DNA of 64,000 nt. Source: Lingula anatina. Lineage: Eukaryota > Animalia > Brachiopoda. The notes under the pieces are model-generated. The model was not told the origin of the DNA, did no database searches, and was given only the letters and a program-made list of their open reading frames with translations. Every line of letters starts with the position of its first letter. Positions within the stretch are counted from its first letter, which is position 1. Position numbers and translations under genes: made by a program. Positions 53,601 to 64,000 of this stretch are shown piece after piece. Where the stretch lies: positions 40,244,401-40,308,400 of the forward strand of contig CM120641.1 in the NCBI GenBank assembly GCA_051362555.1. Reading direction: 5' to 3'.

Positions 53601-54186
53601 TTTGAATAGGAAATTCTATTTTTTTCTACAGATCCATTTTTTCTTAATTTTTCCTTACAACCCAAAATCCTATCAAATTCTTAGATATTGTTTTAACAGT
53701 CCTTAATAGTACTGCTTCACAAACTTGATGAACATTTTGTTTTCAGCAATTAAAATTTCTTGAAAAATTTTATCTGTATTATTTCAGAGGCACTTTGCAC
53801 AGTTAAAAGAGGAATTTGCCAAAATGAAACCACCAGAGGGGTTGGAAGAGGAAGAACCAGAACAAAATACTCTCCATGGAAATCCACCAGAAACAACAAA
53901 CTCAAACCACAACGGTGTCGAGGCATTGCCACATTCAAGTAATGGCATTGACAGTTACAACTCTGCGGATAGCACAACCAAAAAGACCACCACCAGCAAT
54001 GTGATAGTCCATAACTCCACCATGATGCAGGATGTGACAGAGAATGGAGTGAACAATAACAGTATTCATGCGGAGGATCAGAACCCGCCTCACCTATCCC
54101 AACATGATGGGGTGATAGATTTGGTCTGTAATGGTGAGGACGAAGAGGACGAGGATGCTGATGAGGATTTGCTGGAAATGATGTGA
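19379..54186 (+). CDS. BIRC6: Baculoviral IAP repeat-containing protein 6 (Apollon/BRUCE), giant BIR + UBC E2/E3, 62 exons, ~5018 aa
   Basis: Exons traced by GT-AG and frame: 19379-19571, 21177-21358, 21658-21795, 22170-22420, 22661-22789, 23163-23236, 23544-23593, 24112-24207, 24563-24651, 24888-25042, 25312-26451, 26794-26961, 27210-27429, 27582-28068, 28272-28501, 28812-28988, 29295-29420, 29687-29941, 30171-30387, 30635-30746, 30928-31358, 31609-31950, 32134-32936, 33226-33371, 33549-33737, 34048-34325, 34626-34850, 35124-35307, 35582-35734, 36069-36315, 36677-36920, 37471-37632, 37955-38404, 38601-38728, 38978-39960, 40204-40392, 41000-41200, 41597-41873, 42161-42408, 42693-43032, 43252-43796, 44018-44214, 44497-44641, 45035-45271, 45560-45685, 46264-46434, 46844-47008, 47237-47508, 47687-47894, 48145-48359, 48511-48582, 48880-49101, 49479-49644, 49932-50118, 50629-50765, 51240-51344, 51587-51801, 52083-52244, 52537-52614, 52750-52938, 53315-53449, 53788-54186. 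Sum is 15057 nt, divisible by 3. BIRC6 motifs include [53 protein letters not shown] and [11 protein letters not shown]. Confidence 0.97.
20202..20356. mobile_element. Degenerate MITE-like element in BIRC6 intron 1
   Basis: gcatgggtgaaagttttcagga ... tcctgagacctttgcatg form decayed inverted ends, with internal ttcagga repeats. Confidence 0.45.
22360..23205 (+). other. BIRC6: BIR domain of BIRC6, split over three exons
   Basis: [73 protein letters not shown] carries the CX2CX16HX6C zinc motif. Confidence 0.95.
22439..22496. repeat. (TA)n microsatellite
   Basis: Pure TA run in BIRC6 intron 4. Confidence 0.95.
23912..24078 (+). mobile_element. 3' part of a HINE/DINE-1-like (Helentron-associated) non-autonomous element
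   Basis: ccataactttttgagtta, an (acag/acaa) microsatellite, then gaaaacataacctccttggaggag with a terminal hairpin. The architecture is typical of these elements; the family call is from recall. Confidence 0.5.
26384..26695 (+). repeat. 154-bp tandem duplication covering the BIRC6 exon 11 3' end and its splice donor
   Basis: 26384-26537 is repeated at 26538-26691 with one mismatch seen (aagtgc/aaatgc), and taag microhomology at the junctions. Confidence 0.95.
28212..28238. repeat. (TG)n microsatellite
   Basis: Visible run. Confidence 0.9.
29577..29665. repeat. (TTA)n microsatellite just upstream of the BIRC6 exon 18 acceptor
   Basis: About 29 perfect units; source of the poly-Asn spurious ORF. 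Confidence 0.95.
47929..47948. repeat. (GA)n microsatellite
   Basis: Visible run. Confidence 0.85.
48779..48867 (+). repeat. Two adjacent short tandem duplications (accctaga.tttgcctgtaag x2; tagcttacttttaacaatc x2)
   Basis: Directly visible in BIRC6 intron 51. Confidence 0.8.
50094..50260 (+). repeat. Older 89-bp tandem duplication of the BIRC6 exon 54 end and donor
   Basis: tggacacatat.caagca.actcaa|gtaagtg ... tacctcagattttt occurs twice, with donors at 50119 and 50208. Confidence 0.85.
50766..51095 (+). repeat. GT-rich ~30-bp minisatellite (ggttgcctgactggttgttggtttgctg...)
   Basis: Tandem units begin directly after the exon 55 donor and give a Q/N/T-rich spurious ORF on the - strand. 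Confidence 0.9.
51680..53449 (+). other. BIRC6: UBC (E2) domain of BIRC6; catalytic Cys in exon 52537-52614
   Basis: [15 protein letters not shown]...[30 protein letters not shown]...[28 protein letters not shown]...[23 protein letters not shown]. Confidence 0.95.
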
Positions 54187-56214
54187 TGTTTTAGTGACTT
54201 TTATGAGGTGGTGTTTTTTTTTTTTTTTTCTCTGAAAAGTGTTTGAAGCAAGGTTGAGAAAGAGTACCACTGGCATACAAGTGGGAAAAGGTTGATAATA
54301 AGTGAAAATATTATCAAAAATGTTGATCTCAGCCATAAAGGAAAATGAATTTGACAAGTTGACGAAAAAGAATTGTTGCTTAAATAGGTTAAGCGACATT
54401 CTGACAGTGATTATGATCAATTTTAAGGCATCAGAATGAAAAAAAAAGCAATGAAAAAAACAGTTTAATTTGGGAAATGTCTTCAGTGATGTGAGACATA
54501 AATGAAGTGACTAACTGTAGTGCATATTTAGCTATGGATCTGTGATTCTGAATATGGAACACTTTTATTATACAGAGCTATCATTTTTGTCAAACTGATT
54601 GACAAGACCTATAGACTTGTTTTGGGCATGTCCAACTTCTTAATTATGTCAGACTATAAGTGTTGAACATGACATGATTTTGTTGGAACTACCAGTGCAA
54701 TTTAGCATGTGGGATGCACATGCTGTTTTTTTTTTAAATTTTTTAATCGGAAAACATAAGAGGTTAAAAATGCATCAAGCTTAAGCAATCATACCATTAA
54801 TTATCAACAAGTTAAAAAAATGCTTTAAAATGCATTTCTTTATTCAAATGTTCAAGGCAAAGCCCTTTGTTTACAGTGTTGTATAACTCATTAAAAATTA
54901 CTTGACACAAGAGCATGGGACAAGGAGATTTGCCCACATGATTGAAAAATTAAGACCTGCATAAGAAAATCTTGACTAAGAAATAATGGATATGCTTACA
55001 AGCATATCATTTATTCGTAATGTGAATGACATATTAATAATACCTTTAGTTAAAATAGGAGTATACAAATATCCCCAATTATAAAAGGGAAAAAAGATCT
55101 TTTGTTGTAGATAATGTGTTAGAAATTGTATACAGTTTCCATACACCTGTATCTTAGGAGAAAATGAGATTTCAAACACTAAGAATTTGTTTCAGTACAG
55201 GTTTGAACTTGGGTTATATTGGATTAATTTAATGTAAGAAAAAGGGCATTTGTAGGTATGGATGTAAATTTGTACATGTAATTATTGTACTTATCACAAT
55301 TTGGACATAAATGTTGAAACTGCTTCAAATTCTGACATGCTGCGTCTTATTTTACTTTCACTTTACATATTTAATTATACATTAACATTTTAAGGCAAAT
55401 CAAAATCACTTTCATCACATTTATTTAAAAAAAATGAAAAGTTTGCAATAATAAAATATAGTCAACTATAATCATTGTCATACATCATTTTTCCTCTCCA
55501 AAAAGTGGACTTTGATTCAAACAATAACAAAATCACATGAATTACTACAATCACAACCATACATTATTTATTCTTTATGGAATAGAGAATTTCATTCAAA
55601 CATAATATGATTCTGCACATATCTTCTCTATACATAAAATATCAAAAATCTCACATGGAATGTTAAATGGGTGAGGAGATCGTATGACACGAACTGGGGG
55701 GAAAAGTTATCACTTTCTTTAATATGAATATGAAGTCAAATGTTTGCCACAAAAGCCAACCAAATGCCAGCATATAGTTTCAAATCGTATAACTGAGAGA
55801 ACTACCATAAGACAGTTTAATATTACCCAAAAAATGATATTTGAATGAATTTTTCTGATCGCTTTCTATGCTGTATATAAATGGGGCAGACAAATAGGTA
55901 AGAAAAGAAGGTTCAATTTATGACCAAAAATTTAAAAAGACCAGAGAAGTTTTAAGCTCTGGTTCATATGTACCTTTAAGTTTATCTGGTGCCCAAGGGT
56001 GTATATTACCTTGAAACCAAAAAAGAGAATGGAGTAAATTTGAATGGGTCAAATATTAAATGGATTATATCAAGAACTAGATTTTTCAAACCAGTTTCCT
56101 TTTGGCACTCCTGGTTATTCATAAACCTTAGTTAGTGCCTTGGTGCATTTTTCCTTTCAGCTGAATGGTTTGTACTGAAACTAACAAGTACTAACCATCA
56201 TCATACATGCAGGA

Positions 56215-59200
56215 TTACTGAACTAAGAACCAAGTTATAGTCAGTGGTCCCATGTTCAGAGGCACAGATACCTTGTACTCCCTATCTAAAGTGTACTTTC
56301 GAGCAGGTCCTTCTTGTTCCCTGATCAGGGCTGTGCTGTTGAGCCCAGTGTAGTACAGTGGCAATTTCAGATTTGTTACAACTGTCTTGAAGGTTGGGTT
56401 GAAAACCATTGCAAGACCCTTATTTTTCAAGTGTGGATTAACATGCATGAAACTGTCATAACTCTGCATGTCAGCTCTGCGAACATGAACTACATCACTA
56501 GTGACTATATCCCTGTATTTCTTATAAAAGCTCACCCACTTCATCACAATGGCCTTAGACTCATAGCTGTCATACAGTTCAAACCCCCTATAGCATGCAG
56601 CAACCCCAGCCCCCAAGTACTGTGCAAAGGCCCACTCATACTCTAACAGGTGTTTGGACAGTGGCTCAAACTCTGCTGGGCCACCACCAGCATGGTACTG
56701 AACCAGTGGGACAAACATCCAACCAGCGGAGGGAATCAAACGGTACAAATCATCATACATTCCTTGTCGACTGATACTCAAGTCCTGCCACCGGGGGAGG
56801 GAGTACTGGTTCTCATTGTATCCCATCCCGTCCTTGTTCCCCCCCTGATAAAAGTAAGTATCTGGTTGGTTGATGTACACCTCTAAACTTCTAAGATCTC
56901 TATAAAATTCCCCTTGCAGTCTGTTCTGTTCATAGATGGAGTCTGTTATATCATCATGGTGGGAATGATTCGTTGAAGCACACTGATAACCCCCGTACGG
57001 CCCATCTGTCTCCAGCATCGACATCCCCGTCCTCTTTAAAAAGGAAAACAACTTGGTCTTGATATTATCATGCCATCCCGAGGCAAAACAGGCACTTCCT
57101 ATTGAATGTCCATGGACATCAATTGCCATCCAGTCTGCCTGTACTTGTCTTGATAGGGATATCAAGTCATACCCACCCACCTCTATTCCCTTACTCAGGG
57201 CATAAGCTGTGTCGTTTGCTATCATGTCTATATAAGAACTGTTTGTGGATTCCAAGTTCAATCCTGAGCCAAAGCTGTAAATCATCATTTCAAAGCCAAC
57301 CTGGAATAAAGATGAAAATGATAATTAATAAATTAACTAGTCAATGAACAGTTTTAATACAACTTCAAGGAACATTCCATGTGTACCGAGACAATATAAT
57401 TTTCTCAAGTGTAAGTTAAATCTATGAACTCCATTTAGAATCATCATCATTTTTATTCACATTCTTAACCATAACTTGAAATCAAATTAATAATTTATTT
57501 TATTCTGGAACTTTTAAAATACCAGAACCCCTCACATCAAATGTCAACTTTAGCCAAATTGACAACATGACCAGTTTATTAGTGTTTGTTTAAACATTAA
57601 CCTTATCTGTGGTTATATATATATCAATGCACAACATATACAATTGCATTTTGGAAAATCAGTCAAATTTATGGGACCTTATCTGGACCTTAACGAGCAG
57701 TGAATCAGTTATCTGATAAATCATGTAAATAAACCTCTGAACAACTCACATGCCAGCAATTACTTTATGATATCTATATTTTAAATGAAAAATTAAATCG
57801 TGATTGTTAATGTTATCAGGTGACACGTACATGTACCGATAACAGCTCCCATCAACAATGTTTATTACTTTTTATCTAAAATTTTACAAGTGCATCTGCA
57901 TTATTATCATTTATGCCCATAAATAATTCAAACAATGGAAATTGCCCAAAACAGCCCTAGGCCTTGTGACTTAGCATAAAATTAAAGATTTGGCAGGATC
58001 TGGAGAGTGGGGTCATAAAATAGCTGTACAGTACAGCAATAAATAAAAGCTGCCAGAATTAATCCATATAAAATATTCTGGTTGTGTTTCAAGTTTTGCA
58101 AAATTAGTCTTTAACATAAAAGTATGTTTTCATGCTTTGTGTGTCACTTTCTAAGACAGCATTCCCAGTGCATAGAGTTTAACTCTTACTAAAACCTCAC
58201 ATTAATTTTTGCACTTTTTTTCTTAATCTCACAGTAAGGAAAGCCTCATTTTAGGCTCAGGTAATTTCTACTATTACAAACACTCACCTCTGAAAGTTGA
58301 TCTATTAATTTCTTCACAGCCACTGAACTACTATTGGTCATGTGGAAGAAAATTGGGTTTTCCTGAGTCTGTGGAGCAAGAAGTCGGAACATGCGATGGT
58401 GTGAAAGTGAATGGCGCTCTGGGTCGGATGACCCAACCACGAGTTCATGGACACGGAAAGAGTCAACTGATGGCTTCAGGTCTAGGTCATTGTACACCTG
58501 GTATGAGCAGTTGACATTGGGCTGGAAGGAACCTGGCATGTCATTTGTGTGTGGATCAAGTGTCCAGGACACCTGAAATATGAAATAAAAAGTATTCCTC
58601 CAGTTGTCACAAATACATGTATACTTTTGTTACCATGTTTCAATACTTATGATAAAATCAACAAACATAAAATAAAGCCATAACCTTTTAATTTAAACAG
58701 CAAACAATTTATTTTAATGAATAAAGACAATGATGGCCTACTAAGTTAAAAACTTGCCATCTTGTACATTTAAGGCAGTCTAGAGATACATAGTACTCTC
58801 TACCAAAGCCCAGCTGGGTGATGACATCATTTCTGAAATTCTGAGAAACCCAGAGAAATACTAGTATTTGCAATTATCTTAAGAAAATATTCTCTCTGTC
58901 TAGCCCTTGTAGAGGGTAATCGAGAAGCACTTAAGTTGACAACAAAAAAGGATTCCTTACCACAGTGCCATGTGGTTCATTGGATTCCACTAGCAGCCAT
59001 CCCATGGAGCTGGGGGCCCAGGGTTGATTCACTGCCAGATACTCCACAGACAAAATGGTGACTGCAACCTTCCCCACGGCTTCACCAGATGCACTCACAC
59101 TGAGCCATTTCACCAGCAGGGGAATTCCATCATACATTTCATAATGAACAGTTACAGTCACCAGCTGATGATAATAAGGAGCATCAAATGGGGGTTTAAA

Positions 59201-59671
59201 CTCTACATCCATCCTCATCCCGATTGGTGGCCAACGAATGTTTTGTGGTGCCCCCCTCCTAGGTTTGTACGGATATGGTGCTTGTGGGTCCAGAATTGTG
59301 GTGCCATGGAAATGGAAAGCTTTAGGATCTACTCTCATGTCTGAACCCAAGGCGGTGCGGTTGAGGTAGGCTGTTGGAGTGTTGGTTAGAAAACCACCTA
59401 TATTGTATTGAATTCCATCTATCATAATGACAGCCTCTGGTTTGATGGCACGTAGAATAGAGCTCTGAGTGCTGTGATGGTCTTGGAAATCAATAGTGGC
59501 AAAATCTGGGTAGAGTGAGAATTCTCTGCTGATCAGGCCATTGCTCATCAGATATGTTCCATATTCAGTTTTCGTCACAGTGGTTTGGATGTTAATGTCT
59601 TTGATCAACCAGTCTTCTAGAGATAGACAGCCACTGGCCAGTAACACCAGCCACAAGATGTTCAGCAACAT
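56215..59671 (-). CDS. Secreted uncharacterised glycoside-hydrolase-like protein (bacterial alpha-galactosidase-like), 3 coding exons, ~693 aa
   Basis: Exons 59671-58961, 58572-58288 and 57300-56215, joined by phase-0 GT-AG introns. Signal-peptide-like N-terminus MLLNILWLVLLASGCLS. Motifs SNGLISREF, LRAIKPEA, VTVHYEMYDGIPLLVKW, RLLAPQTQENP, EVGFEMMIYSFGSG, GIEVGGYDL, ETDGPYGG, GWMFVPLVQYHAGG, CYRGFELYD and LPLYYTGL. The gene model is firm; the function is tentative. Confidence 0.8.
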
Positions 59672-59785
59672 GCTGCAGTGAATGCCCAAAATCTAAAATT
59701 GAGCATATAAAAGTAGCAGTTGAAGGAAAATTCACTTTTGTCCACAATAGCAGCAGTTTTATATTCTGATCTCTATACACCATCA

Positions 59786-59893
59786 CGTGGTGCCTCAGAG
59801 CAATTTGTACAATGTACTTAGTATTCTGAATGCAAGGCCTTTCACCTATACGCCGTGTTGCCTCAGAGCAATTTGTACCATGTATTCTGAATG
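59786..59893 (+). repeat. Short tandem duplication (tgcctcagagcaatttgtac.atgta...ttctgaatg x2)
   Basis: Directly visible, period about 68 bp. Confidence 0.75.
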
Positions 59894-60695
59894 TGAGACC
59901 TATCAATGTTATACAAAACTGTCATGACATTGAGATAGATGGTAAGATAGTTTTATGGTAATCAAATGCACTGCTGCCATGTGGTGATTAGGTAAAACAA
60001 ATTATTTACAGAGAGGAAAAGTATACAATACATTATTATACAATAAAGTTTACAAGTTCATACAATAAAATCTTTAGAATAATTATGTTAGAAATTCTAA
60101 TTATGCACTACCATGGCATCAGTACAAGTTTGACATCAAATTGCTAAATAATGGCTCACATTCAGCAATTTTTTATGTCTTTCATTGTAAACATGGCTAT
60201 AATTTTCTCATGATCACTTGTTCTAAAAGTTTGGGGTGCTTTTCCTCGGTCTGTCTAATTAGCATCCACAAACATCCACAAAAGACCACAAGCTTCCATA
60301 AACAGCCACAAGCATAAATTGGTTGGAAAATCAGTAAAAAATATATATACAGTACAGTATATTATTATATATTTGACAAAAGAAGATATTGTAAGTTGAA
60401 AAACAACTGTGTCCTACTAAACAATAACAGAGAGAATGTGGTTGTGTCTACAGGCATTTGGGGCATCCACAAGAACAAATAGTTTTAAAATCAGCAATTA
60501 AACAGATACATGTATTTATCATATGAAATATTCTGTACGCATTTTATAATAACACTTGCTCTTATTCTTTTCGTCTGTTATAACGATGTCTCTATCAATC
60601 TTTAGCAATCCCATTGACGGTTCTAACGCAGTTAGCACAGCCAGCATATATCAGAACCGTCAATAGGAGTGCTAACGCTATCTACACTACATACC

Positions 60696-60731
60696 TGTGT
60701 GTGTGCGCGTGTGTGTGTGTGTGTGTGTGTG
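60696..60731. repeat. Interrupted (TG)n microsatellite
   Basis: Visible run. Confidence 0.85.
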
Positions 60732-61051
60732 AGATAATGCCCTAAGGCTAACAAACTGATCGAGGCAACGTATAACTATAATGTGCAATATGGTGATATA
60801 TTGGCTCTTTTCTTACATTAAGTTAAAGAAACTATAACCCTGCTTTCAAAATAATGTCATTCTTTAAAAAACTCGACACTTACCTATATAATAATGGACC
60901 GAGTCTAAGTTAATTCTAACTAAATGTAAACAAAGTGGACAAAATCATGTGACCCTCTCAATGTCGCTTAGACATTTAAAAAAATTAAGCCTCACAAGTC
61001 TCTCCTCTTTTTCAAAGCTGATGATGTACATGAGATTATCGAAAATGATTT

Positions 61052-61101
61052 TTTTGTTTGTTTTGATTTGTTTGTTTGTTTGTTTGTTTGTTTGTTTTTT
61101 T
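61052..61101. repeat. (TTTG)n microsatellite
   Basis: Visible run. Confidence 0.85.
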
Positions 61102-62189
61102 GTCCATTTACTGCAAATTTTGGAATATATAGATATAGATATGAGGTAAGCGATTCTCAACGTTCAAATGACGAGACAGAAGTGAAAAACTTGCTGCATA
61201 TGTGCTGATAGGCTCATCTGATATGCAGGTAATATATCAGATATATTAACGATTGTGAATAAAAGATCTGATCCTGTGCGGGGTCGTTGCGCGAGAGAAA
61301 TTATTCAGCGAGTAACTATTGGAGTTCATGGATGGATTCTAGGAATACTTTATAAATAACTTCAAAAATATTTTCAAAAATCTGTAGAAGGGTCAGTCTA
61401 CGTGTAGGCCTACATCCCCCTCCTTCCCGCGAAGCCTACGTCCTGTCAACTCACTTTCGGACGAAGAGATTTTTTTTAACGGTTATAAAATTTTCAATTC
61501 GTTAGCTATCAATTTCTTCTTTTTAACTTAATCTAAAAAGCCTTTCCCTCAAATACCCATTAATACTTTTAACAGGTTTAAACATAAAACTGAAGAAAAT
61601 GTTGACGTAGCCTACCAGTATATGTAAAACTTTAAAATTCGTGTGCCTATAGGCCTAATGTTTAATGTGTGTAATAAATATTCTTTATCAATTAATCAAA
61701 ATGAGAGGCTTAAGTAATTGAGCAATCGGTCCATGATGTTTGTTGGATCAAATAAAGACAATCATCTGTAGAATCAAGAGAATCCGCGTGAATTAGGGCC
61801 TAAGTCCCGTACGTGTTACAAGTGATTTACTTAGCCTATTACTAATGTGAATCTAGATACCACCTCTCCTCCTTGGTGCTCTAAGCTAACATCAGTCTAG
61901 CAACTTAAAAAATTAAAATAATTATAACTAGATTTATTTGTTCTAAAAAAAAAACAAACAAACAAACAAAGGGCTAAATTTTAAATATTCGTTACTGTCG
62001 CTAGCATATCACATTCTCTAATGAATCTAGGTTATTTTTTCACTTAAGTTTAAAGAAAACTGCAACTTGTCGGAAAGCGAGTATGACGTCTAACGTCACA
62101 AAAACAAATATCTAGAATGTTTATTTTAAATAACTCAATAAATGGCTTACGTCTACTTTCGCAATGTCCTCGGGTTTTGAAAAAAAGGG

Positions 62190-63829
62190 GGGGCGGATCC
62201 AGGTTTATTTGAAGGGGGTCCGTTTTTTTAGAAATAAAAGGCCACGGATACGTAGCCGATCCTGAAAAGATGGGATGATTCTGATGAAAGCTTAAATGAA
62301 GTGTTTTTTACATGGATACGGCTGAAATTGGCCCAAAAAATTGATTTCTGAGGGTAAAAGGGAACAATTTCTTCCATTCCTGTTCTCTGATCCAAATTGG
62401 GATAATTAAAAGACTCGCCCCACCTGTCACCCCTTCTAATGCCATGGATTCGCCCTACCTGTCACCCCTTCTAATACAATGGATTCGCCCTACCTGTCAC
62501 CCCTTTAATGCAATGGATTCGCCACACCTGTCACCCCTATAATGCAATGGACTCGCCACACCTGTCACCCCTCTAACGGAATTGACTCGCCCAACCTGTC
62601 ACCCCTTCTAAGACAATGGACTCGCCCTACCTGTTACCCCTGTAATGCAATGGACTCACCCCACCTGCCACCCCCTCTAACGCAATGGACTCGCCCCACC
62701 TGTCACCCCTTCTAATACAATGGGCTCGCCCTACCTGTCAAACCTATAATGCAATGGAATCGCCCCACCTGTGACCTCTTTAATGCAATGGACTCGCACC
62801 GTGACGTACTATTCAACCGTATTAGCTTCAGTCAAGTCTTTACTGCTAAACCTTTTCACTACTCCTGTGATAGCTGACCTTGTAAAGAATTTATTGGAAT
62901 AAATTTTCTAAAATGAAGTTAAAACAATCCATTGATTAATCACAAATGCCAATTAACTATCAGGATTACTTGAAAACGCCTTTTTAATGATTTTGATAAA
63001 CCTTATTACATAATTGAAGTCTATTTTATAGTTTTTTTAAAGCTTTTCATCATGGTGGTAATTTCGGGTAGGTACCGACTGCACGAGGGTTCTCATCGCT
63101 CTAGTCGCCGATTAACCCCAACCCCAATTTGTAATCAGCCACTGAAATCCTTTGTTAATGTGTTTTTGTCAAAATTAACAAAAATGTAAAATATGTAAAT
63201 TTCATCAAAGTTTATTTACGTTAATAGAACTTGCTGACAGTGACAATGTAGAACGTTAGAATAACGTTCTCTTAACACTTGTTGATAGTCTAGCCAATAT
63301 ATAACCCCGTTATCAAAACGTTCTGTGTAAGCTGGGTTTCTGTTACCTTCATTATTTTGCATGTGTTTAAAACATTTATTAACAAGAGACCTAATGTCTA
63401 TGAAATCAATTTTTTTTTATTTTTAAATAAACTCAAATGGCACTAAATAGATTTTTTATTAATGATAACAAATAGGCCTAATGAGTTATTGTTTTTAAAG
63501 TAACTACAACCTTAAAGGTGCGCTCCATGGGTTTTGAAATGGGTTTAAGACGTGTCAGGGGGGTCCTGACCCCCCCTTCAATTTCTGAAAAAAATCACAC
63601 CATTGGTCGCCATCTTGCAATTTGAATTTTGACTAGCTGAATCATAGTTCTAAACCGTACCAAATGGCACTGTTCACCCTCTAAATTACCAAAAACTTTC
63701 GGGGCCCTTCAGCAGGCAAGGGGTGGGGGGTGGGGTGGGGTGGGGGGGGGTGGGGGGGGGGTAAGGTCAGGTTCGCATCCGTGCCCCCCCCCCCCCCCCC
63801 CCCTTCAATTAATCCTGGATCCGCCCCTG
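62190..63829. mobile_element. Possible composite or nested non-autonomous DNA element(s) bounded by 14-bp inverted repeats
   Basis: ggggcggatccagg (62190-62203) / cctggatccgcccc (63814-63827). The two ends may belong to separate copies. Confidence 0.4.
62412..62798 (+). repeat. 34-35-bp minisatellite (gactcgccccacctgtcaccccttctaatgcaatg), 11 copies plus a partial
   Basis: Units start near 62412, 62447, 62482, 62516, 62550, 62584, 62619, 62653, 62688, 62723, 62757 and 62791. Confidence 0.93.
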
Positions 63830-64000
63830 AATACTAGTTTGCTAACATGTATTTCATTTTAGATCAGTCCTGTGGCAATCCCGGTCAGGTTTACAGGAGG
63901 AGAACCTTTTTGTTTTTATTAATTTATCCTTTAATTATCTTTTCATTCGTGTCTTCACTATAGTTAGGGGAGACCGGGGCTTATTGGATCCCGGGGTAAG

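Noticed and set aside
62412-62798. CRISPR-like 35-bp repeat
   Set aside because: Head-to-tail tandem units with no spacers.
63966-64000. Possible terminal repeat of a Tc1/pogo-like MITE (aggggagaccgggg)
   Set aside because: Truncated by the window end; the partner end is not visible.

Overview
AT-rich, intron-containing animal genomic DNA, probably a lophotrochozoan invertebrate such as a mollusc (inferred from gene structure and repeat types). Four protein-coding loci are supported: (1) the last coding exon of a THIK-type two-pore K+ channel (KCNK12/13 family, +); (2) a complete 7-exon tubulin-folding cofactor B gene (TBCB, -); (3) head-to-head with TBCB, a complete BIRC6/Apollon/BRUCE gene (+), manually traced as 62 exons and about 5018 aa, with an N-terminal BIR and C-terminal UBC domain; (4) a 3-exon secreted protein (-, about 693 aa) resembling bacterial alpha-galactosidase-like glycoside hydrolases. 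Non-coding DNA holds several MITE-like elements, minisatellites and microsatellites. The best candidates for something undescribed are a ~220-nt, extensively base-paired, strand-biased RNA structure in TBCB intron 2 (with further structures in intron 1), the bacterial-like secreted glycosidase, two independent duplications of BIRC6 exon ends plus splice donors, and a lone inverted minisatellite monomer flanked by an 11-bp direct repeat. All coordinates and folds were read by eye and no database searches were run.
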